Shown here: one piece after another, positions 1-10,208 of the stretch | Layout of the letters: each line of letters opens with the position of its first letter | How positions within the stretch are numbered: position 1 is the stretch's first letter | DNA from: Candidatus Caldarchaeum sp. | GTDB taxonomy: Archaea > Thermoproteota > Nitrososphaeria_A > Caldarchaeales > Caldarchaeaceae | DNA length: 59,356 bases | Assembly (NCBI GenBank): GCA_038832005.1 | Contig: JAWBJZ010000001.1 | Span: 1-59,356 of the forward strand | Direction of reading: 5' to 3' | Translations under genes and position numbers: made by a program | The notes under the pieces: model-generated | Seen by the model: the letters and a program-made list of their open reading frames with translations, nothing else | Told to the model about the DNA's origin: nothing | Database searches by the model: none

Positions 1-67
1 TGTCGGCAGCCCTTGTTGACAAGACGAAACGTTTCAAAGACTTACGCGCGATGGGAAAGTAGTCTTC

Positions 68-349
68 ATGGTGCAGAAAGACAGACTGCCCATACGTTCG
101 CAGATACTGCTCTACCTTACGGGTAAAAGAATCGCCAGAGAGTTGGGTCTGGTCGAAAGCGATTTAGCCAGCATAGAGGAAATCTCAGCTGCGATAGGTG
201 CCGAATACTTCACAGTCGCCGCACGTCTTAAAGAGCTCAAAGACCAGTATCTGGTTTTTGCAGTAGAAAGGGGAGGATACACCGTTCAGCTGGCCAAGCT
301 CCAGGAAATATTAGACAGCGTCGAAAGGTCGATGGCGGCTAAGCAGTGA
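68..349 (+). CDS. small winged-helix-like DNA-binding protein (paralog A)
   Basis: 93-aa ORF. 'ILLYLTGKRIARELGLVESDLASIEEIS' and 'GGYTVQLAKLQEILDSVE' parallel the next ORF. The wHTH call is by pattern only. Confidence 0.45.
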   Translation: MVQKDRLPIRSQILLYLTGKRIARELGLVESDLASIEEISAAIGAEYFTVAARLKELKDQYLVFAVERGGYTVQLAKLQEILDSVERSMAAKQ

Positions 350-377
350 GCCGCGATGGAAAACTCTGAAGCTGGTC

Positions 378-746
378 TTGAGCTGCTACTTTATGATGAG
401 AAAAGCGGAGTTGAGTAAAGTAGCAACCAGGTTAAAAGAGTTTTTTATGATAGCAGATAATGGAACGGCTTTGTTAAAGAGAGTTTATCCACAGGGCATG
501 GTGAGATTGTTGGTGTATATGATTGGTAGAGTTGCGGCTAAGATGATGGGTCGTGTTTCTGAAAGCAGTTTCACGTTAGGTGAATTGACGTCGTTGACAG
601 GGCTCCGTGGCGACCAGCTTGAACAGCTTCTGGCCGCTAACCCCTATATCGTTTACATAGGTCACGGCAGATACAGGCTGAACACGTTGTATCTTTCAAA
701 AATGTTGGATGAGCTGCAGAAGCTATATACCGCCGAGCAGGAATGA
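378..746 (+). CDS. small winged-helix-like DNA-binding protein (paralog B)
   Basis: 122-aa ORF (an ATG at 393 is also possible). 'LLVYMIGRVAAKMMGRVSESSFTLGELT' and 'GRYRLNTLYLSKMLDELQ' align with ORF 68..349. It ends 4 nt before the sufS ATG. Confidence 0.45.
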   Translation: MSCYFMMRKAELSKVATRLKEFFMIADNGTALLKRVYPQGMVRLLVYMIGRVAAKMMGRVSESSFTLGELTSLTGLRGDQLEQLLAANPYIVYIGHGRYRLNTLYLSKMLDELQKLYTAEQE

Positions 747-750
747 AGTC

Positions 751-1983
751 ATGGTGAAGGCCCTTCCCATCAACCCCTACAAAGTCAAGGAAGATTTTCC
801 AATATTTGAGCAGGAGAAGACACTTGTTTATCTGGACAGTACGGCGACAAGCCAGAAGCCGCGGCAGGTGATAGAGGCTGTCGAACGATTTTACATGTCT
901 CAAAACGCAAACGTCCACAGGGGGATTTACGGATTGAGCGTGGAAGCTACCGAAGAGTATGAGAAAGCCAGGCGGAAAGTGGCCGAGTTCATAAACGCAC
1001 GCAGCCCACGTGAGATAGTGTTTGTCAGGAACACGACTGAAGCGTTAAACCTTGTCGCATACAGCCTAGGGCTAAACAAACTTGCTCCAAAAAGCAAGAT
1101 TGTGTTGACGATGATGGAGCATCACAGCAACATTGTTCCGTGGCAGCTTGTCGCAAGACTCAAAGCACACAAGCTTGACTATATCCCCTTCACAAGCGAC
1201 GGCTATCTAGACCTATCGAAGATGGAGGAAACGTTAGATGGGGCTGGGGTCTTTAGCTTCGTACACGCATCCAATGTTTTGGGCACCATAAATGACGCTA
1301 AATACTTGACGAAGCTTGCTCACCAGCATGGGGCTGTTGCTGTGGTTGACGCAGCCCAGTCAGTCCCCCACATGCCTGTAGACGTTCAAGACATCGACTG
1401 CGACTTTATGGCCTTCAGCGGACACAAGATGCTCGGCCCAACAGGGATAGGCGTGCTCTACGGGAGACGTGAGCTGCTGGAGGAGATGGAGCCTTTCATG
1501 GGGGGCGGCGAGATGATAAAGGAGGTGTATTTGGACAGAAGCGTGTGGAACGAAGTACCATGGAAGTTTGAGGCGGGGACGCCTAATATCGCAGGTGCCG
1601 TTGGCCTTGGCGCTGCCGTCGACTACCTTAGAAACATCGGGCTGGACAAGGTCAGGGAGTACGAGCACATACTGATAGCCAAGACTCTCGAACTCTTGTC
1701 AGAGCTCAGGCACGTCAGGATATACGGGCCTGAGAACCCTAGACATAGATGCGGGCTCGTCTCATTCAACCTCGGAGACATCCACCCTCACGACCTTGCA
1801 ACATATCTCGACCAGTTCGGAATATGTGTCAGAGCTGGACATCACTGCGCGATGCCTATACACACAAGGCTCGGCGTAACGGCTACAACTAGGGCAAGCT
1901 TCTACATCTACAACACCCCGGAGGACGTGGAAGCTTTGGTAGAGGCCTTGAACAAAGCGGCAAGGTTCTTCAAGCTTTCATGA
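751..1983 (+). CDS. sufS: cysteine desulfurase, SufS/CsdA class-V aminotransferase
   Basis: 'FPIFEQEKTLVYLDSTATSQKPRQVIEAV..NANVHRGIY', 'FSGHKMLGPTGIGVLYG' (PLP Lys), 'RAGHHCAMP' (active-site Cys). Start moved to the internal ATG at 751 (MVKALPINPY). Confidence 0.9.
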   Translation: MVKALPINPYKVKEDFPIFEQEKTLVYLDSTATSQKPRQVIEAVERFYMSQNANVHRGIYGLSVEATEEYEKARRKVAEFINARSPREIVFVRNTTEALNLVAYSLGLNKLAPKSKIVLTMMEHHSNIVPWQLVARLKAHKLDYIPFTSDGYLDLSKMEETLDGAGVFSFVHASNVLGTINDAKYLTKLAHQHGAVAVVDAAQSVPHMPVDVQDIDCDFMAFSGHKMLGPTGIGVLYGRRELLEEMEPFMGGGEMIKEVYLDRSVWNEVPWKFEAGTPNIAGAVGLGAAVDYLRNIGLDKVREYEHILIAKTLELLSELRHVRIYGPENPRHRCGLVSFNLGDIHPHDLATYLDQFGICVRAGHHCAMPIHTRLGVTATTRASFYIYNTPEDVEALVEALNKAARFFKLS

Positions 1984-2025
1984 AGCTGTTTAAATAGCCG
2001 TTTGGACGCTTAGTTTTGATCAGGC

Positions 2026-4002
2026 TTGAAGGTTGTTGTGGTTGGAGCTGGTGTTATGGGTCATGGTATTGCAGAGGTTGCGGCTTTAGCTGGTTTTGAC
2101 GTAGTGATGGTTGATGTAGCTGAAGAGTTGCTGGCGAAAGGATTGGAAAAGATCAGATGGAGTCTGGATAAGTTTGTTGAGAAGAAAAGGATTACGGCAG
2201 AAGAGGCCAAGGCCGCTTTAAACCGTATAAAGACTACTCTAAACTTGGAGGAGGCTGCACTAGATGCCGACCTCGTAATAGAGGCCGTTCCTGAAAAGAT
2301 CAGCTTGAAGAAAGAAATTTTTAGCAAACTCAGTAAAACAGCTCCTTCCAGAGCCATACTCGCAACCAACACAAGCACGCTGCCGATAACCGAAATAGCT
2401 TCCGCCACGGACTGCCCAGACAGAGTTGTGGGCATGCATTTCTTCAACCCACCCCCCCTGATGCCACTTCTTGAGGTTATAAAAGGGGAAAAAACACGCG
2501 AGCAAACCGTTGAGAAGGCGGTTGAAATTGGGAAAAAGATGGGCAAAACGGTCGTTGTATGCCGTAAGGATGTCCCTGGTTTCATAGTCAACAGAATCCT
2601 AACACCTCTTCTAAACCTGTCATGCTGGATGGTGGCCAGGGAAGGGATTAAGCCTGTTGAAATAGACTCAGCCGTCAAGTACAGAGCTGGTTTTCCCATG
2701 GGGTTGTTTGAGCTATGCGATTACTCGGGGATAGACGTCATACATCTTGCTAGCCAGTCGATAAAGGAGAGGGAGCCAAACGCTCCCGAGCCATGTCCGT
2801 TGTTCAAGGAGCTTTATGAGAAAGGACACTATGGACAAAAGTCTGGCAAAGGGTTTTATGAATACCGAGGCGGCGTTTACGAAAGGCCCGAAATACCTCG
2901 TGAAGCAGGCGAGAAAGTAGACCTTGTTACGATAATAGCTCCTGCAGTTAACGCAGCCGCATGGATTGTTAGGAATGATGTGGCCTCGGTTGAAGATGTT
3001 GAAACGGCTGTTAAGCTTGGTCTAGGATGGCCCAAAGGCGTGCTGGAAATGGCCGACGAACTTGGTCTCGACAACATAGCCGACGCTTTGAGAAAGACGG
3101 CGGAGAAGTACGGTGTTTTCTACGAGCCGGACCCGTTGATAACACAGCTCGTGTCGGAAGGTAAGCTGGGAAAGAAAACCGGCGAGGGGTTCCATAAGTA
3201 TGCTGCGTCAGAAAAAACGGCATACAGCGAGATACTTTTCGAGAGATCTCCGCCAATCACTTGGATAACCCTTAACAGACCTCATAGACTCAACACGATA
3301 ACGCCGAAGATGATTGAGGAGCTTACAGACGCCCTTCTCAAGGCATGGCATGACAACGAGACACGTGTTGTCGTTCTCAAAGGAGCTGGCGGCCGTGCTT
3401 TTTCAGCGGGAGCCGACATAACGGCCTTCACAGAAATCAAGACAAAGGCTGATGCAGAAAGGTTTTTGAGGGATTTTCAGGAGGTTACGAACATAATCGA
3501 GGCTATGCCGAAGCCCGTTGTGGCCGGCATTGACGGCTATGCGTTGGGAGGCGGCTGCGAGCTGATTCAAGCATGCGACTTTAGAATAGCCAGCACACGG
3601 TCTGAGCTGGGACAGCCGGAGGTAAACCTAGGCCTTATCCCCGGTGCAGGCGGTACACAGAGGCTTCCTAGGCTTGTCGGGATAGCGAAGGCTTTGGAGA
3701 TAGAAATGCTGGGCGACAGGATTAAAGCAGAGGAGGCATGGCGCATAGGGCTTGTAAACAAAGTCGTTCCACCCGAACGGTTTGAGGAAGAACTCCGCAG
3801 CTTCGCCGAAAGGCTTGCTTCGCAGGCTCCGTTGGCGTTAAAAGCCATAAAGCAAGCTGTTCTGCTGGCCAGGGAGGCGCCGTTGAGCAGGGGGTTGGCT
3901 GTCGAGAGAAGCTTTTTCGCCGACCTCCTTTTCACGAAAGACTTCATGGAAGGTATATCTGCGTTCTTCGCGAAAAGAAAGCCTGAGTTCAAAGGTGAGT
4001 GA
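2026..4002 (+). CDS. fused 3-hydroxyacyl-CoA dehydrogenase (N-terminal) / enoyl-CoA hydratase (C-terminal)
   Basis: N-terminal 'KVVVVGAGVMGHGIA' Rossmann motif and 'NTSTLPITEIA..MHFFNPPPLMPLLEV'. C-terminal crotonase fold 'FSAGADI' and 'GYALGGGCELIQACDFRIA..GQPEVNLGLIPGAGGTQRL'. Domain order matches the archaeal crotonyl-CoA hydratase/(S)-3-hydroxybutyryl-CoA dehydrogenase type. Confidence 0.9.
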   Translation: MKVVVVGAGVMGHGIAEVAALAGFDVVMVDVAEELLAKGLEKIRWSLDKFVEKKRITAEEAKAALNRIKTTLNLEEAALDADLVIEAVPEKISLKKEIFSKLSKTAPSRAILATNTSTLPITEIASATDCPDRVVGMHFFNPPPLMPLLEVIKGEKTREQTVEKAVEIGKKMGKTVVVCRKDVPGFIVNRILTPLLNLSCWMVAREGIKPVEIDSAVKYRAGFPMGLFELCDYSGIDVIHLASQSIKEREPNAPEPCPLFKELYEKGHYGQKSGKGFYEYRGGVYERPEIPREAGEKVDLVTIIAPAVNAAAWIVRNDVASVEDVETAVKLGLGWPKGVLEMADELGLDNIADALRKTAEKYGVFYEPDPLITQLVSEGKLGKKTGEGFHKYAASEKTAYSEILFERSPPITWITLNRPHRLNTITPKMIEELTDALLKAWHDNETRVVVLKGAGGRAFSAGADITAFTEIKTKADAERFLRDFQEVTNIIEAMPKPVVAGIDGYALGGGCELIQACDFRIASTRSELGQPEVNLGLIPGAGGTQRLPRLVGIAKALEIEMLGDRIKAEEAWRIGLVNKVVPPERFEEELRSFAERLASQAPLALKAIKQAVLLAREAPLSRGLAVERSFFADLLFTKDFMEGISAFFAKRKPEFKGE

Positions 4003-4017
4003 AACAATCACAGCTGT

Positions 4018-4923
4018 TTATGGTCTGCCGGTGACAAGCTCCACAGCGTTTCCGTCATAGTCCCAAGTGGTGACGCCCATGTATCCCTCAGCCTCGTTCA
4101 AAAGCGAATCTTCCACAGCCAACCCGTTCTCCACAAGCCTAGCCCTCAACTCCGACATCGTACGCCTACCTCTAAATCCTATTGCAAAGCTCTCCAATCT
4201 TACGTATTCGCGGGAAAGGGGTTGAGCGTCAAGGCCGGCCCAAACGTTAGCCCCTATGTGGTGATGGTAGCCGCCTGCGGAGAAAAAGACAGCAGACCGG
4301 CCCAGCCTAAAGGTGACGTCAAACCCTAGGATTTGACGATAGAACTTCTCAGCTTTCTCCAGCCTAGAAACATGAAGATGGATGTGGCCTAGCTTAGTTT
4401 GTTTCGGGATTGTCCAGTTACTCGACAGAGCTACACTGGTTCCCTCATCCCTGAGCTCTTGGAGAAGCGAGTTGATGTTCAGCGGCAGCGTAGCCATGCG
4501 TACATAACTGTTTCCGTAATACCTCCATTCGGTCCGCTGCCTGTCCGCGTAGATCTCTATTCCATGGCCGTCGGGGTCCCTCAGATAGAGCGCCTCGCTT
4601 ACCAGATGGTCCGAGGCGCCCTCGAACTGCCAGCCTTCAGCCAATCTAACAAACAATCTGGCTAGGTCGAGTCTAGACGGAACCAGGATAGCATAGTGGT
4701 AAAGTCCGAGAGCGTTTTCCGGCTTAGGTAAAGCATCCTTCTTCTCAGACAAGATGACGAGCGGGCTGTATTGGCTGCTGCCGAGAACAACTTTGTCTCC
4801 GAGCCAGGAGAGATGCGAGAGCCCCAGCAAACCAACATAGAACTGGAGAGACCTTTCCAAGTTTGAAACCGTCAAAGACACCCATTCGATTGATGCGTCA
4901 GACCCTAGCTTGAAACCTTCCAT
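4018..4923 (-). CDS. two-domain VOC/glyoxalase-family protein (extradiol dioxygenase-like)
   Basis: 301 aa with two repeats of the VOC pattern ('SLTVSNLERSLQFYVGLLGL', 'HIHLHVSRLEKAEKFYRQILGF', 'DPDGHGIEIY', 'DYDGNAVELV'). Confidence 0.7.
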   Translation of the reverse strand: MEGFKLGSDASIEWVSLTVSNLERSLQFYVGLLGLSHLSWLGDKVVLGSSQYSPLVILSEKKDALPKPENALGLYHYAILVPSRLDLARLFVRLAEGWQFEGASDHLVSEALYLRDPDGHGIEIYADRQRTEWRYYGNSYVRMATLPLNINSLLQELRDEGTSVALSSNWTIPKQTKLGHIHLHVSRLEKAEKFYRQILGFDVTFRLGRSAVFFSAGGYHHHIGANVWAGLDAQPLSREYVRLESFAIGFRGRRTMSELRARLVENGLAVEDSLLNEAEGYMGVTTWDYDGNAVELVTGRP

Positions 4924-4993
4924 CTAACGATGGCATGGATCATCTAACGAAAATATAACTATTTTCGGACAACGCTAACAAGCTGTTCGTTTT

Positions 4994-5143
4994 CTATGGT
5001 TTGATCCTCGACCTTCGCCAGCTTCTTCTTCTGTGGGAAGACCTGACGTGACGGCGTGTTTTCGCCACGACCCATGCGGGAGTGGCCCAGGCCCTCCTCA
5101 TCTCACGGGCGAGCCTCTTCTTCACAGGCAGCGTCTTGACCAT
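4994..5143 (-). CDS. rpl39e: 50S ribosomal protein eL39 (L39e)
   Basis: Hand-translated 49-aa ORF absent from the track: MVKTLPVKKRLAREMRRAWATPAWVVAKTRRHVRSSHRRRSWRRSRIKP. Shows the typical L39e 'KKRLA...PAWV..KT.R.V......RR.WRR' pattern. Confidence 0.85.
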   Translation of the reverse strand: MVKTLPVKKRLAREMRRAWATPAWVVAKTRRHVRSSHRRRSWRRSRIKP

Positions 5144-5231
5144 GTGCGCTGGACAACCATGTATCTAATCAACTTATCTACAGGCAACACTTATTGGTTA
5201 AAATGAAACGCTCTATCACGGTTGTTGTGGC

Positions 5232-5549
5232 TTGGCGTATGAAAGGCTTGTCAAGAAACTTACCCATGAAAACCTGTGGCTGTACATTCTAACCTTGCTC
5301 AGCAGAAAACCGCTTTACGGCTATGAGATCAGAGGCATGATTGAGAGAGAGTTCGGCTTCAAACCCGGGCAGGTTACATCATACGTTGTTCTCTACAGGC
5401 TTGAACGCGGTGGTCTGATAAAGGTCGTTAACCAGGCTAAAGGAAGCAGAGGGCCCGCTAGAAAGTATTACATGGTTACGGAAAAAGGGATTAAAACGCT
5501 TGGGAAGGCGAAGAAGTTTCTCGCAGACTTAGCTGTCCGTATTGGGTGA
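5232..5549 (+). CDS. PadR-family transcriptional regulator
   Basis: 'LWLYILTLLSRKPLYGYEIRGMIEREFGFKPGQVTSYVVLYRLERGGLI' is the canonical PadR wHTH. TTG start. Confidence 0.8.
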   Translation: MAYERLVKKLTHENLWLYILTLLSRKPLYGYEIRGMIEREFGFKPGQVTSYVVLYRLERGGLIKVVNQAKGSRGPARKYYMVTEKGIKTLGKAKKFLADLAVRIG

Positions 5550-5597
5550 TTATTTTACAACCGTAAAGTATTTAGCCGCCTGATAAGAACATCATCC

Positions 5598-6671
5598 ATG
5601 CCAAAAGTTAAGGTAGCCATAATTGGTGTGGGGAACTGCGCGTCAGCCCTCGTCCAAGGCGTATATTTTTACAGGGATGTGGCCGACGACGCCTTTGTAC
5701 CCGGTTTGATGCACCCGAGGCTCGGAGGCTATCATGTGGGTGACATCGAATTTGTGGCGGCCTTCGACATAGACAGGAACAAGGTTGGGCTTGACCTTTC
5801 GAAGGCGATTTTCCAGAAGCCGAACTGCACGCTCAAGTTCGCTGACGTACCCCATCTCGGCGTCGAGGTTATGCGGGGCATGACGCATGACAGCATCGGA
5901 AGATACTTGAAGGATGTTGTTATCAAGCATGACTCTCCGACGGTTGATGTAGCAGACGTCTTGAAGAGTTCTGGAGCAGATGTCGTGGTAAACTTTCTTC
6001 CTGTAGGCAGCGAGTCTGCGACAAAATGGTATGTGGAGCAGGCTTTGATGGCTGGAACAGGGTTCGTGAACGGCATACCCGTGTTCATAGCGAGGGAAAA
6101 ACGTTGGCAGGAGGTTTTCGCGAAGCGAAACATACCGTTGATAGGCGACGACGTAAAATCGCAAGTGGGCGCCACCATACTCCACAGAGTGTTGACAAAA
6201 CTCTTCGTCGACAGAGGCGTGAAAATCGAGAGAAGCTATCAGCTCAACTTCGGAGGCAACACAGACTTTCTCAACATGCTGGAAAGGGAAAGGCTGCAGT
6301 CTAAGAAAATATCGAAGACGCAGGCTGTTACCTCTCTGATACCGTACGACCTGCCTCCGGGAAACATTCACATAGGCCCTAGCGACTACGTTCCATGGCT
6401 TGAGGACAGAAAGTGGGCTTACATCCGGTTGGAAGGGTCTGCTTTCGGGAACGCTCCGTTGAACGTAGAGGTTAAGCTAGAGGTTTGGGACAGCCCGAAT
6501 TCAGCAGGAGTGGTCATAGACGCCGTTAGATGCATCAAGATAGCAAAGGACAGGGGCATAGGAGGTGTTTTGGAAGGGCCATCCGCCTATTTCATGAAGT
6601 CTCCGCCGAAACAGTATCCTGACGACGTCGCCAGAAAGATGGTTGAAGACTTCATCGAGAACAGGGCCTAG
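5598..6671 (+). CDS. ino1: myo-inositol-1-phosphate synthase
   Basis: Near full-length resemblance to actinobacterial/archaeal Ino1: '[17 protein letters not shown]', '[17 protein letters not shown]', '[28 protein letters not shown]', '[30 protein letters not shown]'. Confidence 0.93.
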   Translation: MPKVKVAIIGVGNCASALVQGVYFYRDVADDAFVPGLMHPRLGGYHVGDIEFVAAFDIDRNKVGLDLSKAIFQKPNCTLKFADVPHLGVEVMRGMTHDSIGRYLKDVVIKHDSPTVDVADVLKSSGADVVVNFLPVGSESATKWYVEQALMAGTGFVNGIPVFIAREKRWQEVFAKRNIPLIGDDVKSQVGATILHRVLTKLFVDRGVKIERSYQLNFGGNTDFLNMLERERLQSKKISKTQAVTSLIPYDLPPGNIHIGPSDYVPWLEDRKWAYIRLEGSAFGNAPLNVEVKLEVWDSPNSAGVVIDAVRCIKIAKDRGIGGVLEGPSAYFMKSPPKQYPDDVARKMVEDFIENRA

Positions 6672-7768
6672 GCTGCGATAGACTCTGCCTCACCGCCGCC
6701 AAACACTTCAGCAAGCCTTCTCAAGCTGTGTCTCTTAAGCTCAGGCGGCAGGTTGGAGTTCTTAACCGAGTCTACCGCCTGCTGAAGCCTCCACAGAAAA
6801 TGGTCCTCGCTGTACGTTTTCGCAACCTCGTACGGGGTGATAGCTGGGTCTCGAAGGCTTGGCTTAACGCCGTATAGGACGTAGACGCCGAAGGCGAGAA
6901 GCCTTATGATGCCCCGTCCAACCCTCCTCACCGCCAGCAACGCCTCATAGTCTCTCGGAATGTCTTTCTCCAGCTCGTGGACCAGGGCCCAGCTTATCCT
7001 CTCATGGGGTCTGAGAAAGTCCGCAACCTTTCTCCCCTCCTCGTCAAGAGTTGTTTGGTTTGGGATGTTTGCAAACGTGTAGAGACGCTGGAGTTTTGGA
7101 ACGTCGTTTGCGAGAATGTCAAGCGAAGCCTTCCTAGACTGTCTGCTTTCCTTAGCGGTCATGTCAAGAATCCTCGGCTTTTTCTCCACCGATATGATGC
7201 CTGTATGCGGTTCCTCGACGAAGCTCCGCAGATATCCTGAAAACCAGTGGTATCGCCTCACGGCGAGAGTATATGGGTTGATGCTCTGCTGGATGACCGT
7301 CCAAATGCCACTGTGCGACAGCATCATCATGTGAAAGTAGAGGTCGAACCCGTCCTGAATAGCTACGCTGTCCGTCTTAGCCACCATCCTGCTACAGTAT
7401 ATCAGGTGCTGCGCCTGCTTCTCGGAGAAGCCGAAAAGACTTGCCACGGCAGGCAGCTCCTGCGGTATCTTAAACCTGTTTGTGAAACGGCCTCCGAGAG
7501 CGGCAACGCCAGACCTAGCGGTGAGACACTCCTTTAAAATAGATCCCATAACAAGAGTGGAGTCGCCCGACATCTCGTCAAGCCCGCTGATAACTATTAC
7601 AAAATCTGTGAAGAAAGGCTCTGCAAAGCCTGCGACAAGCTCGTCTGGGCCGTGAAGGTTGAGGAAGGAGTTCACAAACTCGCTTATGAGCTGGCGGGAT
7701 TTGTTGTAGTGGAATCGAGCTGACCTACCACTCCAGCCCCTCAGTTCTCTTACGCCAGCTCTAAACAT
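6668..7768 (-). CDS. conserved hypothetical protein, possibly DUF763 family
   Basis: 366-aa ORF overlapping the ino1 stop by 4 nt (convergent). '[44 protein letters not shown]' resembles my recollection of DUF763. Needs an HMM check. Confidence 0.5.
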   Translation of the reverse strand: MFRAGVRELRGWSGRSARFHYNKSRQLISEFVNSFLNLHGPDELVAGFAEPFFTDFVIVISGLDEMSGDSTLVMGSILKECLTARSGVAALGGRFTNRFKIPQELPAVASLFGFSEKQAQHLIYCSRMVAKTDSVAIQDGFDLYFHMMMLSHSGIWTVIQQSINPYTLAVRRYHWFSGYLRSFVEEPHTGIISVEKKPRILDMTAKESRQSRKASLDILANDVPKLQRLYTFANIPNQTTLDEEGRKVADFLRPHERISWALVHELEKDIPRDYEALLAVRRVGRGIIRLLAFGVYVLYGVKPSLRDPAITPYEVAKTYSEDHFLWRLQQAVDSVKNSNLPPELKRHSLRRLAEVFGGGEAESIAA

Positions 7769-7848
7769 AGCTGGCGACCATTGTAAAAAAGCCTACTTTT
7801 AATATTGCCCGTCCTCTAAACCAAACCTAATACCACAGACTTCTGTAG

Positions 7849-8043
7849 CTAATACTCTCGTCTTCTCCTCTGAAGATATTTGATGACGTAAACAGCGAGG
7901 GCGAAAGCAAACGGGAGATAGATTGAAAAAAATGAGAAGACGGGAGTGAACTGAAGCCCTACCTGCTGCAGCATTAGCGAAGCTACCACAACTATCGCAA
8001 GCAACAGCGCTGCGTTTCTCCAGCTCTCTGTTTCATCAGTCAA
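7849..8043 (-). CDS. small two-TM membrane protein
   Basis: 64 aa with hydrophobic segments 'AALLLAIVVVASLML' and 'FSFFSIYLPFAFALAVYVI' and a basic tail. Its start overlaps the rpoK stop by 4 nt. Confidence 0.4.
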   Translation of the reverse strand: MTDETESWRNAALLLAIVVVASLMLQQVGLQFTPVFSFFSIYLPFAFALAVYVIKYLQRRRREY

Positions 8044-8303
8044 TGGCTCTTGCTTTCCTCCGCAAGCAGGTCCTTCAAAAGAATGTCAACGTAGCTGCCG
8101 TCAGACCTTTTTCTCCGAATTATGATAGGAAGCGCACCTCTCTCAAACTCTCGTTTCGCTATGTCGATGTTCGTGTCTCCTGGTCTTACCTCAACTAGCG
8201 GGAAGGCGCCAAGGGATATTTGGAGGGCCCGACCGCCGATAATCCTAGCCTTTTCGTATTTTGTTAAGCGGAGGAGGGCGGGCTTGGCCTCAGTCCTCAC
8301 CAA
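8040..8303 (-). CDS. rpoK: DNA-directed RNA polymerase subunit Rpo6/K
   Basis: '[27 protein letters not shown]' is the Rpo6/RpoK/omega-like signature. GTG start overlapping the thermosome 3' end. Confidence 0.9.
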   Translation of the reverse strand: MVRTEAKPALLRLTKYEKARIIGGRALQISLGAFPLVEVRPGDTNIDIAKREFERGALPIIIRRKRSDGSYVDILLKDLLAEESKSH

Positions 8304-9948
8304 CTCCGCCTTCTTCCTTCTCCTTTTCCTCCCCCTTCTTCCCGGGAGCAGATGTTTCCAGCCTTGAGGCGGCTATGATGTCGTCGATCTTAAGGACCAT
8401 CGCCGCTGCTTCGACGGCTGATTTGATTGTCTGTTTCTTTACGAGCAGTGGGTCAAGCACCTCGAGCTTCTGCATGTCCGTGATCTCTCCCTTGAACACG
8501 TTTATGCCGTGCGTTAGTCCTCCCTCCTTGTGCTTGGATGTCAAGTTCACTATGGCCTCTATCGGGTCCATGCCTGCGCTCTCAGCCAGCTGCGAAGGAA
8601 TAACTTCAAGAGCTTCAGCAAATTTGTTGACAGCAAGCTGTTCCTTCCCCGGGAGGGTTTTCGCATAATCCCTCAGCCTGAGAGCTGTCTCTATCTCTCC
8701 AGCTCCGCCTCCAGCTATTATCTTGCCATCAACTATCACGTCCTTGACAACGTTTATCGCGTCTTTCAACGACCTTTCAGCCTCGTCAACTATCCTCTGG
8801 GTGCCGCCCCTTATGAGGATGGTGATCGACTTGGGGTTTTCGCAGCCTTCAACAAACACCATTTTATCTTCTCCCACCCTCCGTTCTTCGACGAGCGCGG
8901 CTTTGCCTAGGTCTTCCGGCGTCAGGTCATCTATCCTCGAAATGACCCTTCCCTTGGTTGCTTTCGCGAGCTTGTCCATGTCGCTCTTCTTAATCCGCCT
9001 GACAGCCATTATGCCTCTCTTCGCTAGGAAGTACTGGGCGAGGTCGTCTATTCCTTTCTGGCAGAGAACGACGTTCGCGCCTGTTGAAGCTATCTTTTCA
9101 ACCATCCCCTTCAGCATATCCTCCTCTTGCTTCATGAAGGCTCTCATCTGCTCAGGAGTCTCTATGTTAAGCTTGGCGTCGAACTCTGTCTTCTCGATCT
9201 CGAGGGCAGCGTCGAGCAACGCTATCTTCGCGTTTCTCACGAGCTTCGGCATGTCGGGATGGACGACTTCCTTGTCAAGGACTATGCCCTCTATCAGCTT
9301 TGTGTCACGCAACGATTGGCCCTCCTTCTTCTCCAGCTTTATGTCATCGAGGTCAACCGTCCATCGATCACCCACTTTCTCCGCAACACGTGTCACGGCG
9401 TCGACGACGACGCCTGCGAGGTAGTCGGACTCCTCTCCCACGAGCTTGCTTATCATGGCTGTCTTCGCGACTTTTCTAAGCAGTTCCTTGTCGGTTGGGC
9501 TGGCTTTGATGCCTATTTCGTCAAGTATCTCTAACGCTTTGACAGCGGCCTTCCTGTATCCCTCTATGACTATTGTCGGGTGAACCTCTTTCTCAATAAG
9601 CTCCTCCGCCTTGGCCAGCAGCTCGCCCGCAAGAACAACGGCGGAAGTTGTTCCGTCACCGACTTCTTCGTCCTGGGCCTTAGAGACCTCCACAAGCATT
9701 TTCGCCACTGGATGCTCTACGTCCATCTCCTTGAGGATTGTCGCCCCGTCGTTTGTGATGACGATGTCGCCGAAGCTGTCCACCAGCATCTTGTCCATCC
9801 CTCTAGGCCCCAGCGACGACTTCATCGTCTCGGCAATAATCTTCGCCACCATTATGTTGGCGCTCTGAACCTCTCGACCGCGCATCCTCTTGGCTCCTTC
9901 CTTCAAGATTATAACGGGTTGGGTAGCTGTGCCTACTGTTGCTGCCAT
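8290..9948 (-). CDS. ths: thermosome subunit (group II chaperonin)
   Basis: '[42 protein letters not shown]', '[16 protein letters not shown]', 'GGGAGEIE', acidic/Gly-rich C-terminal tail. Confidence 0.97.
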   Translation of the reverse strand: MAATVGTATQPVIILKEGAKRMRGREVQSANIMVAKIIAETMKSSLGPRGMDKMLVDSFGDIVITNDGATILKEMDVEHPVAKMLVEVSKAQDEEVGDGTTSAVVLAGELLAKAEELIEKEVHPTIVIEGYRKAAVKALEILDEIGIKASPTDKELLRKVAKTAMISKLVGEESDYLAGVVVDAVTRVAEKVGDRWTVDLDDIKLEKKEGQSLRDTKLIEGIVLDKEVVHPDMPKLVRNAKIALLDAALEIEKTEFDAKLNIETPEQMRAFMKQEEDMLKGMVEKIASTGANVVLCQKGIDDLAQYFLAKRGIMAVRRIKKSDMDKLAKATKGRVISRIDDLTPEDLGKAALVEERRVGEDKMVFVEGCENPKSITILIRGGTQRIVDEAERSLKDAINVVKDVIVDGKIIAGGGAGEIETALRLRDYAKTLPGKEQLAVNKFAEALEVIPSQLAESAGMDPIEAIVNLTSKHKEGGLTHGINVFKGEITDMQKLEVLDPLLVKKQTIKSAVEAAAMVLKIDDIIAASRLETSAPGKKGEEKEKEEGGVGED

Positions 9949-9982
9949 ACTACATCACACCTGGTTATGGCCGTGTCAAGGG

Positions 9983-9991
9983 TTTTTTATA
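9983..9991 (-). promoter_or_regulatory. TATA box (TATAAAAAA) for the thermosome gene
   Basis: About 39 nt upstream of the ATG at 9948. An AGGTG Shine-Dalgarno-like element lies in the short leader. Confidence 0.45.
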
Positions 9992-10064
9992 GATTTTTCC
10001 CCTTCGACATGCCTGACCTCAAGTAGAAGATTTAATACGAGGGCGGGTAATACGCTGAGCCAGC

Positions 10065-10208
10065 ATGAAGCTTATATCGGTAAAGATGCCCGAAGCATTA
10101 ATCGACGGCATGGACGAGCTCATCAAGAAAGGTGTCTACCCCAGCAGGAGCGCTTTGATGAGGACCGCTGTAAGAGACCTTCTCCGGAAAGAGCTTTGGC
10201 GGACCTAA
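10065..10208 (+). CDS. ribbon-helix-helix (CopG/Arc/MetJ-type) DNA-binding protein
   Basis: Hand-translated 47-aa ORF not in the track: MKLISVKMPEALIDGMDELIKKGVYPSRSALMRTAVRDLLRKELWRT. Beta strand 'ISVKMPE' followed by two helices is the typical RHH layout. A TATA-like 'ATTTAATA' lies about 30 nt upstream. Confidence 0.7.
   Translation: MKLISVKMPEALIDGMDELIKKGVYPSRSALMRTAVRDLLRKELWRT

Noticed and set aside
8122-10026. Long plus-strand ORFs inside the thermosome gene, and similar antisense ORFs inside HBD/crotonase, ino1, ilvD, pyrG, glnA, thiolase, PGM and other genes
   Set aside because: They are shadow ORFs opposite strongly recognisable genes. Their translations are Ser/Pro/Arg-rich and low-complexity, with no motifs.
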